From the NCBI GenBank assembly GCA_951406725.2, contig OX597827.1:68076001-68140000 (forward strand): 64,000 nucleotides of DNA, in the 5' to 3' direction. The notes below the pieces were generated by a model. The model saw only the letters and a program-made list of their open reading frames with translations, was not told where the DNA came from and searched no databases. Position numbers and translations under genes: made by a program. This DNA comes from Octopus vulgaris (Eukaryota). Position 1 is the first letter of the stretch. Each line of letters begins with the position of its first letter. Shown here one piece after another: positions 26,451 through 40,024 of this stretch.

Positions 26451-26558
26451 TGATGAAAGGTTCAATATTAGGCTCTGTCAGTTGCGAGATGTAACTTGAT
26501 AATATTATATTCTCTCTTTGTCCAATATATGATGTCTAGTGGAAGATGCGATGCTTAA

Positions 26559-26796
26559 CTCTTTAGCTTCTAAACCGGCCACATCCGGCTCAAATGTTTT
26601 ACCTATTTTATGTTCAAACTAACCAGATCCAACACCTACCCTATAATGTCTTAGACATAGAATAATGTCTTTCTAAAACTAAACAATCGCATCATCAAAA
26701 TTTTGAAGCTGTGAGATGTGTAAGCATAACAAACTCAAAACAATGTGAATAAATAATGTGAAATAAGTTCGACAGAATAATCTGAATGCTAAAGAG
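26559..26796. mobile_element. piggyBac-like MITE
   Basis: TTAA|CTCTTTAGC...GCTAAAGAG|TTAA: TTAA target duplication plus short TIRs. Confidence 0.8.
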
Positions 26797-26942
26797 TTAA
26801 ACCTACTTCTATTATACAAATGGAATGCTTATGCACTTTGCTGTAGATATATCTATGAGAGCTGGCTTCCACTCCATATATTACCGCCACTGCTCGCATG
26901 ACTGATGAAGTGGCTATGTGTTGGAATTTCTGCATTTGTATA

Positions 26943-27427
<485 letters not shown>

Positions 27428-28632
27428 TGTATGTAAATGAATATTACCGACGAAGCACTATTACTATCAAATGGTAATCTTTATATTGAACATAACGTGG
27501 ATAATTTGTTAGAACGCAGGACACTGCGGTATATGCCTTTAGAGGTCCTCTCTCATATAGACGCATGGTGCGTAAAAGCAATGAGATTAGGCCAGTATGC
27601 GGCGACCGGGTATCTATCACTGAAGATGCACAGTACGCTGAAAATACGTTAATCTGGCACGTACAGCGCCCTGCGGGACGATTCTCGTCTGCTACGATAT
27701 GTGCTTGTGCTTTTATGTACCACGCTTCTATATGAGGTGACTTCTCAAGGTGGATGCTACAGTATTCGGTCTTCTAACAGGCCATCAGCGTTAAGTTGGA
27801 CATAAGCTGAAGTTTCTTTAATTGTTACTCTCAATGTACACGTTACCGATTTTTCAATCGGTTAAAGTAGGAAACGAGAGTGACAAAATGTAAGCTAAAA
27901 TATTCGCAAGCACATCGATATAACAGAAGTCATAAGTGCATCGAGATTTTATTGGCTGTAGTAAGAAACTGTTAAAAAGTATCAAATGTCTATTCATTTT
28001 CAGAGACAAAACGAAATATTTTAAACTATTCTCGTGCCAAAAGCGCATGAGGTGTTTTCATTATCATATATATATATGTGTGTGTGTGTGTGCATGTGTG
28101 TATTTGCTTACATAATACATACATACATACATACATATATACATATATATATCAATGCAAGTATACATACATACATACATAATATGATACACTTAATCAA
28201 AGAAGCTGGCTATTGTTAATAATGCTTTAATGTTAATACACATATATAAGTGCTATTTTTAATTTTAATTATCTGACCGAATTTCAGGCTACGGCAAATG
28301 TAGCTGATGAAAGATAAACTATCTTATGCTATTCGTAGTTGAAAAAAAAATTATGATTTTCTTGTAAGAAGCTTGTGTGCCAAGCAGATGGTTTTATGTT
28401 CAGTCGCAACTGTGTGGCACCTTGGGAAAATGTCTTTTATCTAGCCCACATCACTAAAGGCCTTTAAATGGAGTTGGGAAGCGGCAACTGAAAGAAACCC
28501 GTGGTATATGCACACACGCACACACTCTCACACAGACACACACACACACTCTCTCTCTCACACACACGCGCACACGCACACACACACACACACACATATA
28601 TAAGATTTTAGAAGGAAAATGCACTCAGTTAA

Positions 28633-29636
28633 CATAGTTTTAATATATTTTTTACTATATTTTATAAATGAAAGAGTATTGTGTTTGTCGACCGGTTTCG
28701 CTTTCGCTAATCATGACATTGAAGTTATTATAATTTCGTAGTTTCTTAAGCAGATTTTAGTCCATGTTCTTGTATGGAAGTTTGTGAATGAGATGGGGAT
28801 AAATAAATATACAATATCTCAAAAACTAAAATAGTGAGATGAAATATGTACAGTGATGGGTATGTGATCATGAATTAAAATTTATACTGAGACCTAAGTT
28901 GGTTATGCATTCATGTTTAGGCGTGTTCTGTATTTTTCGATAAATGATTTTTTTTATTTAAACGTTCTTGTACAGAAATTGTTTCTTTGCACTGATAGAT
29001 AGGAAAAGCTGTGAAGTTTGGTTGGATATTATCTGCACATTTCTCTGTGTCCACTCGAAGGTATCTGTCTGTACTTTGGGAAATAGATCTGTTCCTTATG
29101 TAATGTGGATCTCTGTCTAAACGCCATACTTGTCTGTCCTATATAGTTATGCCCACAGACTGAACAAGTTATAACAAATTAGATCCTTGGAAGTGAATTT
29201 GGTTTTAATTGTGAACCTCTCGCCTTGTTTGAATACCAAGCCTTCGAGTAGGTTGGGGCATGTTTCACAGTTTGGATGCCCACATTTTTTAACCATTGGT
29301 TTCGTGGTTGTTGTGAAAAGCATTGCATTTGTCAAAAGTCTTTTCAGCGATTTGTCTTCCTTCTTGCATTTGATGAATTTAAGTGAAAAGAAAGTTGTTA
29401 ATTTATGGATCTCTAGGGAGCGTTGGCAGATTTTATAAATTAAAGGAGATCTTACTTTTGATATATTTCGGGTGGCATGAGCTAAACAGAAGGTATTGCT
29501 TCGAGTCCGTTGGTTTATGATAAACGTTAGTTACAATTTGGCTGTTGAAATAATTAACAACCAAATTGTAACTGAGACCGATGCACAAACACAACCTTCA
29601 CTTATAAAATATATTTAAAAATATATTAAAACTATG
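28633..29636 (-). mobile_element. Penelope-like retroelement fragment: GIY-YIG endonuclease remnant with inverted terminal segments
   Basis: Minus strand VKKCGHPNCETCPNL...ITCSVCGHNYIGQTSMAFRQR...HKEQI...FPIYQCKE...ERLNK...FIEKYRTRLN (frameshifted, ~28905-29400). 28633-28688 is an inverted copy of 29585-29636, and a degenerate hammerhead lies at 28690-28716. Confidence 0.85.
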
Positions 29637-29845
29637 CAAACTGTGGCCATTTTCTTTCTTTTATGTTATATATATATATATATAGTACCCTTATATGCAT
29701 GCATATATACATATATATGTAGGTATGTACATGTATGTATGTATATATGCATATATTTATATATTATTTATATTATATATATGTATATTTACATTGCAAC
29801 TTACCACGTGGGAATAATCGAAATTTTCCTCCTACCTTTTCTTAC

Positions 29846-29892
<47 letters not shown>

Positions 29893-30420
29893 ATGTCCCT
29901 ATCACTTCGCGGTTGGGTAAAAGTGACCTGATAGAATTAATGCTTGGTTTAAAAATAAGTACCGGGGAATGACTTGTTCGACGATACTGTTCAAGGTGAT
30001 TCCCCGGCATGGCCACATCCCAATGATTGAAACAAAGTGGCGATAGCATTTAGTTTTACTGTACTCTGCAATTGAAGCTTTACCGCGAAAACTAATGCTT
30101 TAGAAGGAAAGATCACGAGTTAGAAAGCAGATACTATAGCTGTTGCAATTACTTAGAGGAGAATACACTTACGTGTTCGTCCTGGAAAGTTTTATACTGT
30201 AATAATATGTATGGAATCAACGAAGTTTATGGTTCAGCTGCAGCTCACCTTTAGACTATTTTTATGGAATATCTTGTGATATCTATGATCTAGCGAGAAA
30301 TGCTTATTGATAAGGTTTAGAAAAAGTATTATTGGAATGCCCGATTAAAATCCAGCAATAATTACACGCTATTCCGTTTTTTGTTTTCGTGCTTACGAAG
30401 TTCTTATTCTATTTTTGGAA

Positions 30421-30482
<62 letters not shown>

Positions 30483-31084
30483 TAATGATGATCTGTACTG
30501 TTAACGGATTCATTGTCTGATGATAAGCTGAATATTGTACTCACAAATGTTATTAACTGTTTATGTATCATTGAGTGATAGTTGGAATTTACTGTAATTT
30601 GTCGTTAGGTTTATCAACAAGACAGTACTTAGTAGTTCGTAAATCTGAAGTCATATAAGAGACAATGCCGATGCTTCTCTTTTATTTTTTTTTGTCATTT
30701 ACTTGTTTCAGTCATTAGACTACGGCCATGCTGGAGCACCGCATATATTCATAAAAAATGTTTATACATACATAGTGATAAGGCGGTGTTCTGTACGCTC
30801 ATATAAACATGTTTTATCAAATCTTATTGAATAAATATTGTTTAGTGTCTTAAATTTATTGTTAATTGTACCAAATGTACACAGAGTGTCTTCTGTTCCG
30901 TTTCCACGAAACTTTCGATAAATGTCGTCAGCGATTTATAGCAGACGACAAATAAAAACAAAATTATTAAACAAATTTTTCTATAAAAATTCTATGAAGA
31001 TAACTCAGAAACGTATTTAAAAGAGAATTGCAACAAACAATGTAACGAATAAATTTGTAAAATTTAAGAGTTATGGCCTTGTTT

Positions 31085-31200
31085 AAGGAGTTTGCTTCCT
31101 TGCTAAATGGCTTCAGCCTCAGTCCCACTGCGTGGCTATAGCCATGAGTTGGTCAAAGCCTTCTCAGTGTATTTGGTAGTCAGAAACTGAAAGAACTCTG

Positions 31201-31268
<68 letters not shown>

Positions 31269-31515
31269 GTACAAACGCATATATATGTATATGTATGAGT
31301 TTATTTTTTCTTTGTGTTTGTACCCACTACTGCATAACAAACGGTTTTGATTTGTTGGCATCCCTGTAATGTAGTGTTTGTGCAAAAAAGACGGATAGAA
31401 TAAGAACTAGACTTTAAAAAAAATACGTACTGTTGGCGATTTGTTCAGCTTCGCCTCTCAATGCAGTTGCCCAGCGTGGCCGTAGTCCAATGACTTAATC
31501 AAGTAAAAGAAAGTG
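31085..31515 (+). mobile_element. Old SINE family B copy
   Basis: tcagtcccactgcgtggc...atttggtagtcagaaactgaaagaa...ccagcgtggccgtagtccaatgac. Confidence 0.75.
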
Positions 31516-31921
31516 AAATATAAAATATATTCATAAAATTTGTCGAAAAAATATCTTCCATAAAATTTATCGAAATGTTTTTACAGATACTCTTTCTTCG
31601 TTGACAGAAGCGAAGAGGTTATATGATAAAGCACGAAAATAGGGAAATACACAGAGATTTGTTTGTTGGCAACAAACTGCAAATTTTTTATTAAAACCAA
31701 GGAAAATATCTTGTAGCCATTTAATTTAGCAGACGATAAGAAGAGAGTTAATGAAATCAAGCGGTATTAGAATGGGTTATTGAACGGGAGACGGACGGTA
31801 GGAGAAAGTTTATAAGCTTTATGGAAATACCTCTGAGACATGTTAATTGACGACTGAAAATATAATGCGACTATTATATATATATATGCTGAATTATAGC
31901 ATGATTCAAATAATAAATATA

Positions 31922-32125
31922 TATTGGTTTCAAATTTTGGCACAAGGCCAGAAATTTAGGGCGAGAGGGTAAGATTACATCAACTCTAGTACGCAACTAG
32001 TATTTATTTCATTGACCCCGAAAGGATGACAGACGAAGTTGACCTCGGTGGAATTTGAACTCAGAACATAAAGACGGCCGGAATGCCGTCTAAGCATTTA
32101 CCCGGCGTGCTAAACAATTCTGCTC
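31922..32125 (-). mobile_element. Older SINE family A copy
   Basis: gaccccgaaaggatga...gacctcggtggaatttgaactcagaac. Confidence 0.85.
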
Positions 32126-32304
32126 GCTTTCCATATGTATTATATATTGTAATATTTATTACAAAGGAGCCATTGAAATGCAAACGATTTTAAAACAGTG
32201 AGGATGATATGAGGTTATACGGATGTATGTGTGTATATACATATATATATATATAAATAATATATATATATGCATATATACATACGTATATGTATATACT
32301 TACT

Positions 32305-32377
<73 letters not shown>

Positions 32378-32380
<3 letters not shown>

Positions 32381-32670
32381 GTGGCACAGGACGTCTTGAA
32401 ACGTTTACAACAAAAAAGTACGAAGTACGAGTACATGGAACATGAATTATTCTTCCGAACAACGAAAGACAAACGGAAAACAAAAACAAACATAAACAAC
32501 GACCCTTCATCAGTTGTTGGCTGTTTCTCTAGTCTCGTATTTCGAGCATTTAACAACAATATACGCTTTCGATAAAACAGTTGCTCCCGCAAAGCAAATT
32601 AAATAAAATTTGGGATTTTGCGGAGGATCAAAATAGGTAACACAAACAGGACAGTGAACACTGTATGAAG
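32378..32670 (-). repeat. Dispersed element adjoining (TA)n (related to 19680-19830)
   Basis: Minus strand cagccaacaactgatgaagggtcgttgtttatg...gacgtcctgtgcc versus plus 19696 cagcctacaactgataaagggtcgttctttatg...gacgtcttgtacc. Confidence 0.6.
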
Positions 32671-33612
32671 TAGTTTTTGTGAAGCATTGTAAGGTATAAC
32701 TTTAGAGAATGTTGTGAAAGTCTTTACACTACTACATTCTTTGAAATTCATACATACATACATACATACATACATACATACATACATACATACATACATA
32801 CATACATGCATGTATGTATGTATGCATATGTATTAATATTAAGGATTCAGGATAGAACCATGTACATAAATGGTATGCACCAAGTTGGGTCGAATTCAAC
32901 TATAAGCACCACCTTTAGTCAAATAAATATACTAGGTACTGAAGTACTCCCAGTAAAATATTCAGGTTGTTTGCACAGAGAATTTAACCCTTACAAGTAT
33001 TTAACGCCGGGGGGGGGGGGGGTGAGCGAAAGTGACATACCAAAATTTCTAAACCATTTTTGATATCCGATGGGTGAACTTCCTTTGAGGATCTGAACAA
33101 ACTTCTGTATTCATGCAGTTGTCAACCATTCACTCAATTTTATTTTTATCCAAACGATGACAGCACTTGGACACTTGCCAAGAAGAAACTTCGATGATAA
33201 CGTGGGACTAATTATGGGTTATTTACATCGTATGTGTGGCGAAAATATTTTGTGATAAGAGAAAACTATCCACGAATTTCAGAGGACCGTACATTGATTG
33301 TATGATAAGTGGGAAGAACGCCTGTGATATCCTTCAGAAAATGCATTGAAATATTGCAATGAATGCCATTGAATAGCAGACGATAGGAAGAAATGTCGAG
33401 AGAATTTGAGGAAATATTAAGATGTGCGTATATTAGCAAGCAACAGGTGAGAAATAGTCTTTGAAAAAAGACGTATGAAAATATCACGGAGTCATTTCAT
33501 AAAGCAGACGACCAGTTGGTTTACGTTGTCAAAATAGAGCCATTTGATTCGCAGATAAATGACAGAAAAAATTAAACAGAAATATCAACCAACTATTTAT
33601 TGCTTATTAATT

Positions 33613-33653
<41 letters not shown>

Positions 33654-34956
33654 TGTGTGTGTGTGTGTGAAATTTATGGAAATATCATAAAGACTTCGAT
33701 GGAAGAAAATCAGTAAAACTTCTACGAAAATATCTCAGAGCTCTTTCAGTCGTTGACGTCAACGTGCTTATGCATGATATTCTTTAAAAAAAAACTGAAT
33801 AAATAGATAGAACTTAAGAACTACGAAAATATCACTGAGAGTTACTTAATAGCAGACGATAGAAAAAAGAGTGCAGAGTACTTATGGAAATATCACGGAA
33901 CCATTGATTAGCAGCCGACAGAAGAAATTGTCCAGATAATGTAGGGAAAACGTCTTTGAAATATTAACATTCAGATAATAGAAAGAATTAATAAACATGT
34001 TACGAAAGCTGTGAGAGAGAAAGAAAACAATAATAACTGCACCTTAAATTTAAGCAAAACGACAGCACAACTGTGTGAGCAAATGGAGGTGAAATGGGGG
34101 GGAGGTTTCGAGCGATATTTTTATTTTAAAAGAAAATTTTATAGGGTTTAACTGTGACAATAAAATATACTACAACACTTACTGCTACTACTACTATTAC
34201 TACTACTACTGCTGCTGCTGTTGCTATTACTGCCACTACTTGACGCATTGGTGTAACCGTGATGTTTTAGTTATCTGATGACCTAGCTTTCTTTATCTGC
34301 ACTGATTTGTAAATATACATTTGTATCGGACAATGCCTAGCATGCATATTACTGTAGACATGTAAGGTAATATATTATACACCAAAGTTATTATTACATG
34401 ATGGTGGATACAAAATGGCTGTGATCACGAGGATGGCAAATGGTTAAATAAATTCATTCAGCTCACAGACCACTGGGCTTTTTATGGTTTGTGTACCTCT
34501 CATGAAATAATTTCATCAATTGGATCTCCTGGATTTCAGCTGCATATATATCTGCATTACGTATTAGATTAGTATGCAGTCTGCTAGCCGGGTCCACTGG
34601 AAGAGCTTTCTGTGATAGCCACATAATTTTATGAATCCACATATTGCAGTATGTTTGTGTGTGTATGTGTGCGTGTGTGCGTGTGTGTGTGTGCGCGCGC
34701 ACACATAAAAAAAATCTCGCCAAGCTGACGACGATGATGATGATGATGATAATGATGATGACATGCAATGAGGTTTATTATACACGAAAGCATGGCGGTC
34801 ATATATCTTTCAGTGCGTTGTAAATGTGCGCAATTGTGACTTAAATGTTAACAACAAGAATAAGAAGAATAACAAAAAACAACAAGAACGACTCAGTCGA
34901 GAAGAAGAAATACAGGAAATGTGGTCACAACAATAACAAAAGAACAGGAAACGCGT

Positions 34957-35038
<82 letters not shown>

Positions 35039-35189
35039 GTGTGTGTATATGTATGTATATTAGAAACACACACATATATTTTACATACATATATACACGC
35101 ACATACATTTATATATATGTATATACATATATATGCATAATTTATGTATACATTATGGATATATATATATATTATATATATATACATAT

Positions 35190-35233
<44 letters not shown>

Positions 35234-35318
35234 ACATACACATATATTTACATATATCACTTATATAGGTAACTTATATGCATATATGCATATTAATATC
35301 TATATATATATACATATA

Positions 35319-35357
<39 letters not shown>

Positions 35358-35448
35358 TTGTATATATATATATATGTATATGTATATATATGTATATATA
35401 TACATATATATATATGTATGTATTTATATATATATATATATATATATG

Positions 35449-35532
<84 letters not shown>

Positions 35533-35551
35533 TACGTACATACCGTGTGAA

Positions 35552-35815
35552 GGCGCTTGGCATTCGGTTCACGATCGTAAGGTTGTGAGTTCAATTCCCG
35601 GCGACGCGTTGTGTCCTTGAGCAAGACACTTTATTTCACGTAGCTCCAGTCCACTCAGCTGGCAAAAATGAGTTGTACCTGTATTTCAAAGGGGCCAGCC
35701 TTGTCACACTCTTTGTCACGCTGAATCTCCCCGAGAACTACGTTAAGGGTACACGTGTCTGTGGAGTACTCAGCCACATGCACGTTAATTTCACGAGCAA
35801 GTTGTTCCGTTGTGA
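35552..35815 (+). mobile_element. tRNA-derived SINE with CORE-like body and tail Y
   Basis: gagttcaattcccgg B-box; gtgtccttgagcaagacactt; 3' ctgtatttcaaagggg..gaactacgttaagggtacacgtgtctgtgg shared with 45201 and 62220. Confidence 0.85.
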
Positions 35816-36215
35816 ACCCACAACGTCATGAATGTGAGGCCCGCTCTAACCACTGAGCCATGCACCTTCACAAAGATATCCACAACGGAAACATTAGCAC
35901 TTACACCAGAAAGAAACCACCACCATCATCACCACCACCATCATCACTACCACCATCACCACCACTATCATCATCATCTTCATCACCACCACTACCATCA
36001 CCAACGCCACCAACAACTATACCAGTGCCACCACCACCACCACCACCATCATTAACTCTAATACCACTGAACATTACCTAAAGGAGTAGCACTACCCTCG
36101 CCACCACCACAAGGGCCGCCAGTACACCACCGGCTCCACCGCCACAATCACCACCACAACAACAACAACATCACCACTAACTTTAATACCACCGAACATT
36201 ACCGTTAGAACCTTC

Positions 36216-36455
36216 AATACCTATTTCTTTACTACCCACAAGGGGCTAAACACAGAGAGGACAAACAAAGACAGACAAACGGATTAAGTCGATTATATCG
36301 ACCCCAGTGCGTAACTGGTACTTAATTTATCGACCCCCGAAAGGATGAAAGGCAAAGTCGACCTCGGCGGAATTTGAACTCAGAACGTAACGGCAGACGA
36401 AATACGGCTACGCATTTCGCCCGACGTGCTAACGTTTCTGCCAGCTCGCCGCCTT
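36216..36455 (-). mobile_element. SINE family A, young copy with probable TSD
   Basis: Near-perfect consensus; gaaccttcaa on both sides (36208-36217 and 36461-36470). Confidence 0.92.
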
Positions 36456-37753
36456 AAATGGAACCTTCAACACCATCGCCATTGCAACAACAACAACGAC
36501 ACCACCAACACAAGCAGTACTATAGACACACGCATTCATCTCTTTCTCTCTTTCTCTTTCTACCTCTCTTTCTCTCTCTTTTCTTCTCTTTTTCTCTCCC
36601 TCTTCTTCTCTCCTTGTCCCTCCCTCTCTTTCTCTCTCTCCTATTTCTATCTCCTCTCCGTACCTCTCTCTTTATCTCCCCCTCTGTCTCATCCTCTCTT
36701 TTTCTCTCGCTCCCTGTTTTTCTCTCTCTCTTTCTCTATTTCTCTCTCCCTCTCCTTGCCTCTCTTTCTCTTTCTCTCCTTCTCAGTCCCTTTCTCTCTC
36801 TTTCTCTCGCTTTCTCTCTCTCCTCTCTCTTTCTCTCTCTCTCTCTCTCCTTCTCTTTCCCTCTCTCCTTCTCTCTCTCTCTCTCCCTATTTTTCTTTTC
36901 CTCTCCTTGCCTCTCTTTCTCTTTCTCTCCTTCTCAGTCTCTTTCTCTCTCTTTCTCTCTCCCCCTCTCCTTCTCTCTTTCTCTCTCTCTCTCCCTATTT
37001 TTCTTTCCCTCTCCTTGCCTCTCTTTCTCTTTCTCTCCCTCTCAGTCTCTTTCTCTCTTTTTCTCTCTCCCCCTCTCCTTGTCTCTCTCTCTCTCTCTCT
37101 CTAATTTTCTTTCCCACTCCTTGCCTCCCTTTCCATTTTCCTCTGCTGCCTCTATCTCTCTCTTTCTCTCACACACACACACCCACACACAACTTTCATT
37201 CACATTACCCTCACCCGCATCTCACCCCACCACCCTGCACTCGCTCAGTCATACTCACAGAGACAGACTCATTCACACAGTGACATATAGATTCAAACAC
37301 ACACACACACACACACGCATTTACTTTCCCCTGTACATAAGCCTTAATACACACTAAGAAATACACACACACACACACAGATTCACTCATACACATCCTC
37401 ACACACATTCATACACACACACAAACACACACACACACACACATACACAGGCACGCATGCAGTAAACGCATAGTTACATATATACACACATTCTTACACA
37501 TACATTCATATATATACATAAGCACACACACATATCCACGCACATACGCAAACAGTCACACACGCACATAGCCGCACACCCATTCATACGCACGCACACA
37601 CACACACACATAGTTATATCTAAATACACACATATACACACATTAAAACATACTACACAGCCCCTAACACCACCTTTGTCTCCTAAGTGCACTCAGGAAG
37701 TAAACACTACCACCACCACCGCCACCACCACCACCACCACCACCACCACCACC

Positions 37754-37787
<34 letters not shown>

Positions 37788-37887
37788 TCGTCGTCATCAC
37801 CACCACCATCATCGCCACCACTACCACCACCACCACCACCACCACCACCATCACTGTCACCCTTCCACACTAACAATCACAGACACA

Positions 37888-38009
37888 TACATGGTTACTG
37901 GCTCAGTCTCACTGTGTGGCACCTTGGACAAAGTGTCTTCTACTATCGCCTCGGGCCGACCAAAGCCTTCTGAGTGGATTTGGCAGATGGAAACTGAAAG
38001 AAGCCCATC

Positions 38010-38054
<45 letters not shown>

Positions 38055-38438
38055 AATATATATACATATATATATACATATATATATACATATATATATA
38101 CATATATATATATACATTATATATACATATATATATATATATATACATACATATATATATATAAATATTAAAAATACAAAAAAATTTTTTTTAAATATAA
38201 AGAGAATTTTAAATATATGTATGTGTGTGTGTGTGTGTTTGTAGCCCCCCCCCACCCACGCAATATCGCTTGACAACCGATGCTGATGCGTTTACGTTCC
38301 CGTAACTTAGCGGTTCGGCAAAAGACACCGATAGAATAAGTACTAGGCTTACAAAAAAATAAGTTCTGGGATCGATTTGCACGACAAAAGGCTGTGCTCC
38401 AGCATGACCGCAGTCAAATGACTGAAACAAAGAGTAAA
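37888..38438 (+). mobile_element. SINE family B (5'-truncated)
   Basis: Matches B consensus, with a long internal TA tract. Confidence 0.85.
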
Positions 38439-38544
38439 AAAATACAGTTATATCTTACATACAGTAATCCCTCGACTATCGCAGGTGTTACGTTCCACCC
38501 CACCCCCGCGATATGCAAAAATCCGCGAAGTAGAAACACAAATG

Positions 38545-38970
38545 TACTCTTTACTCTCTCTTTTACTCTTTTACATGTTTCAGTCATTTGACTGCGGCCA
38601 TGCTGGAGCACCGCCTTTAGTCGAGCAACTCGACCCCGGGACTTATTCTTTGTAAGCCCAGTACTTATTCTATCGGTTCTTTTGCCGAACCGCTAAGTGA
38701 CAGGGACGTAAACACACCAGCATCGGTTGTCAAGCAATGCTAGGGGGACAAACACAGACACACAAACATACACACACACACATATATATATATACATACA
38801 TATATACGACGGGCTTCTTTCAGTTTCCGTCTACCAAATCCACTCACAAGGCTTTGGTCGGCCCGAGGCTATAGTAGAAGACACTTGCCCAAGGTGCCAC
38901 GCAGTGGGACTGAACCCGGAACCATATGGTTGGTTAGCAAGCTACTTACCACACAGCCACTCCTGCGCCT
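38545..38970 (-). mobile_element. SINE family B, full length, young
   Basis: Near-identical to 52319-52740. Confidence 0.93.
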
Positions 38971-39030
38971 GTATATATTTTTTAATCATTTTCATAATTT
39001 GTGTATATTTTTCTTATAAACGCGAAACAA

Positions 39031-39780
39031 AGCGGCGAGCTGGCAGAACCGTTAGCACGCCAGACGAAATGCGTAGCCGTATTTCGTCTACCGTTACGTT
39101 CTGAGTACAAATTCCGCCGAGGTCTACTTTGCCTTTCATCCTTTCGGGGTCGCACTGGGGTCGATGTAATCGACTTAATCCGGTCGTCTCTGTCCTTGTT
39201 TGTCCCCTCTGTGTTTAGCCCCTTGTGAGTAGTAAAGAAATAGGTATTTCGCCTGCCGCTACGTTCTAAGTTCAAATTACGCCTAGGTCGACTTTGCCTT
39301 TCATCCTTTCGGGGTCGATTAAATAAGTACCAGTTACGCTCTGGGGTCGATATAATCGACTTAATCCGTTTGTCTGTCCTTGTTTGTCCCCTCTGTGTTT
39401 AGCCCCTTGTGGGTAGTAAAGAAATAGGTATTTCGCCTGCCGCTACGTTCTAAGTTCAAATTACGCCTAGGTCGACTTTGCCTTTCATCCTTTCGGGGTC
39501 GATTAAATAAGTACCAGTTACGCACTGGGGTCGATATAATCGACTTAATCCGTTTGTCTGTCCTTGTTTGTCCTCTCTGTGTTTAGCCCCTTGTGCGTAG
39601 TAAAGAAATAAGTATTTCGTCTGTCTTTACGTTTTGAGTTCGAATTCCGCCGAGGTCGACTCTGCCTTTCATCCTTTCGGAGTCGATAAATTAAGTACCA
39701 GTTGCATAGTGGGGTTGATCTAATCGACTGGCCCCCTCCTCAAAAAATGTCCGGCCTTGTGCCTAGAGTTGAAAAGATTA
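39031..39780 (+). mobile_element. SINE family A tetramer (184-bp period)
   Basis: One head, units restarting near 39243, 39427 and 39611, last unit with tail 2; TSD-like ttataaacgcgaaaca (39013) / ttataaatgcaaaaca (39778). Confidence 0.92.
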
Positions 39781-40024
39781 TAAATGCAAAACATCACTGC
39801 GGAGGAATCGACGTAAACTTAGATAATAAACCACGATAAGTGAACCGCGATAGACGACCGCGATAAGTGGACCACGATATGTGAGCCGCGATAAGCAAAC
39901 CGCGATATGGCGAAGGGATTACTGTATACATTGATATATATAATTACACACATACACGCGCACACACATATACACACACTTACTATCACCGCGGCAACCA
40001 CAAATAATTGCGTTCAGGAAATAA

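Larger units (their letters stand above)
30900..34010 (+). repeat. Highly degenerate ~60-bp tandem repeat, interrupted by SINEs and microsatellites
   Basis: Recurrent tta(t/c)ggaaatatc..gagccatt...tagcagacgata..aagaaa, with agca(g) at 33375, 33435, 33503, 33851, 33910 and also ~30940 and ~31728. Confidence 0.65.
38462..39924. mobile_element. pogo/Tigger-like MITE split by SINE insertions
   Basis: TA|CAGTAATCCCTCGACTATCGC...GCGATATGGCGAAGGGATTACTG|TA; subterminal acc(g/a)cgata repeats at 39830-39907. Confidence 0.85.

Noticed and set aside
30173-30196. Possible 24-nt minus-strand microexon (ttacag|...|gtaagt)
   Set aside because: The polypyrimidine tract is weak and no host gene is identifiable; such matches are expected by chance in 64 kb.
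39830-39907. Short repeats with variable spacers, superficially CRISPR-like
   Set aside because: These are 9-bp subterminal repeats of a Tigger-like MITE with spacers of only a few bases; the context is eukaryotic and there are no cas genes.
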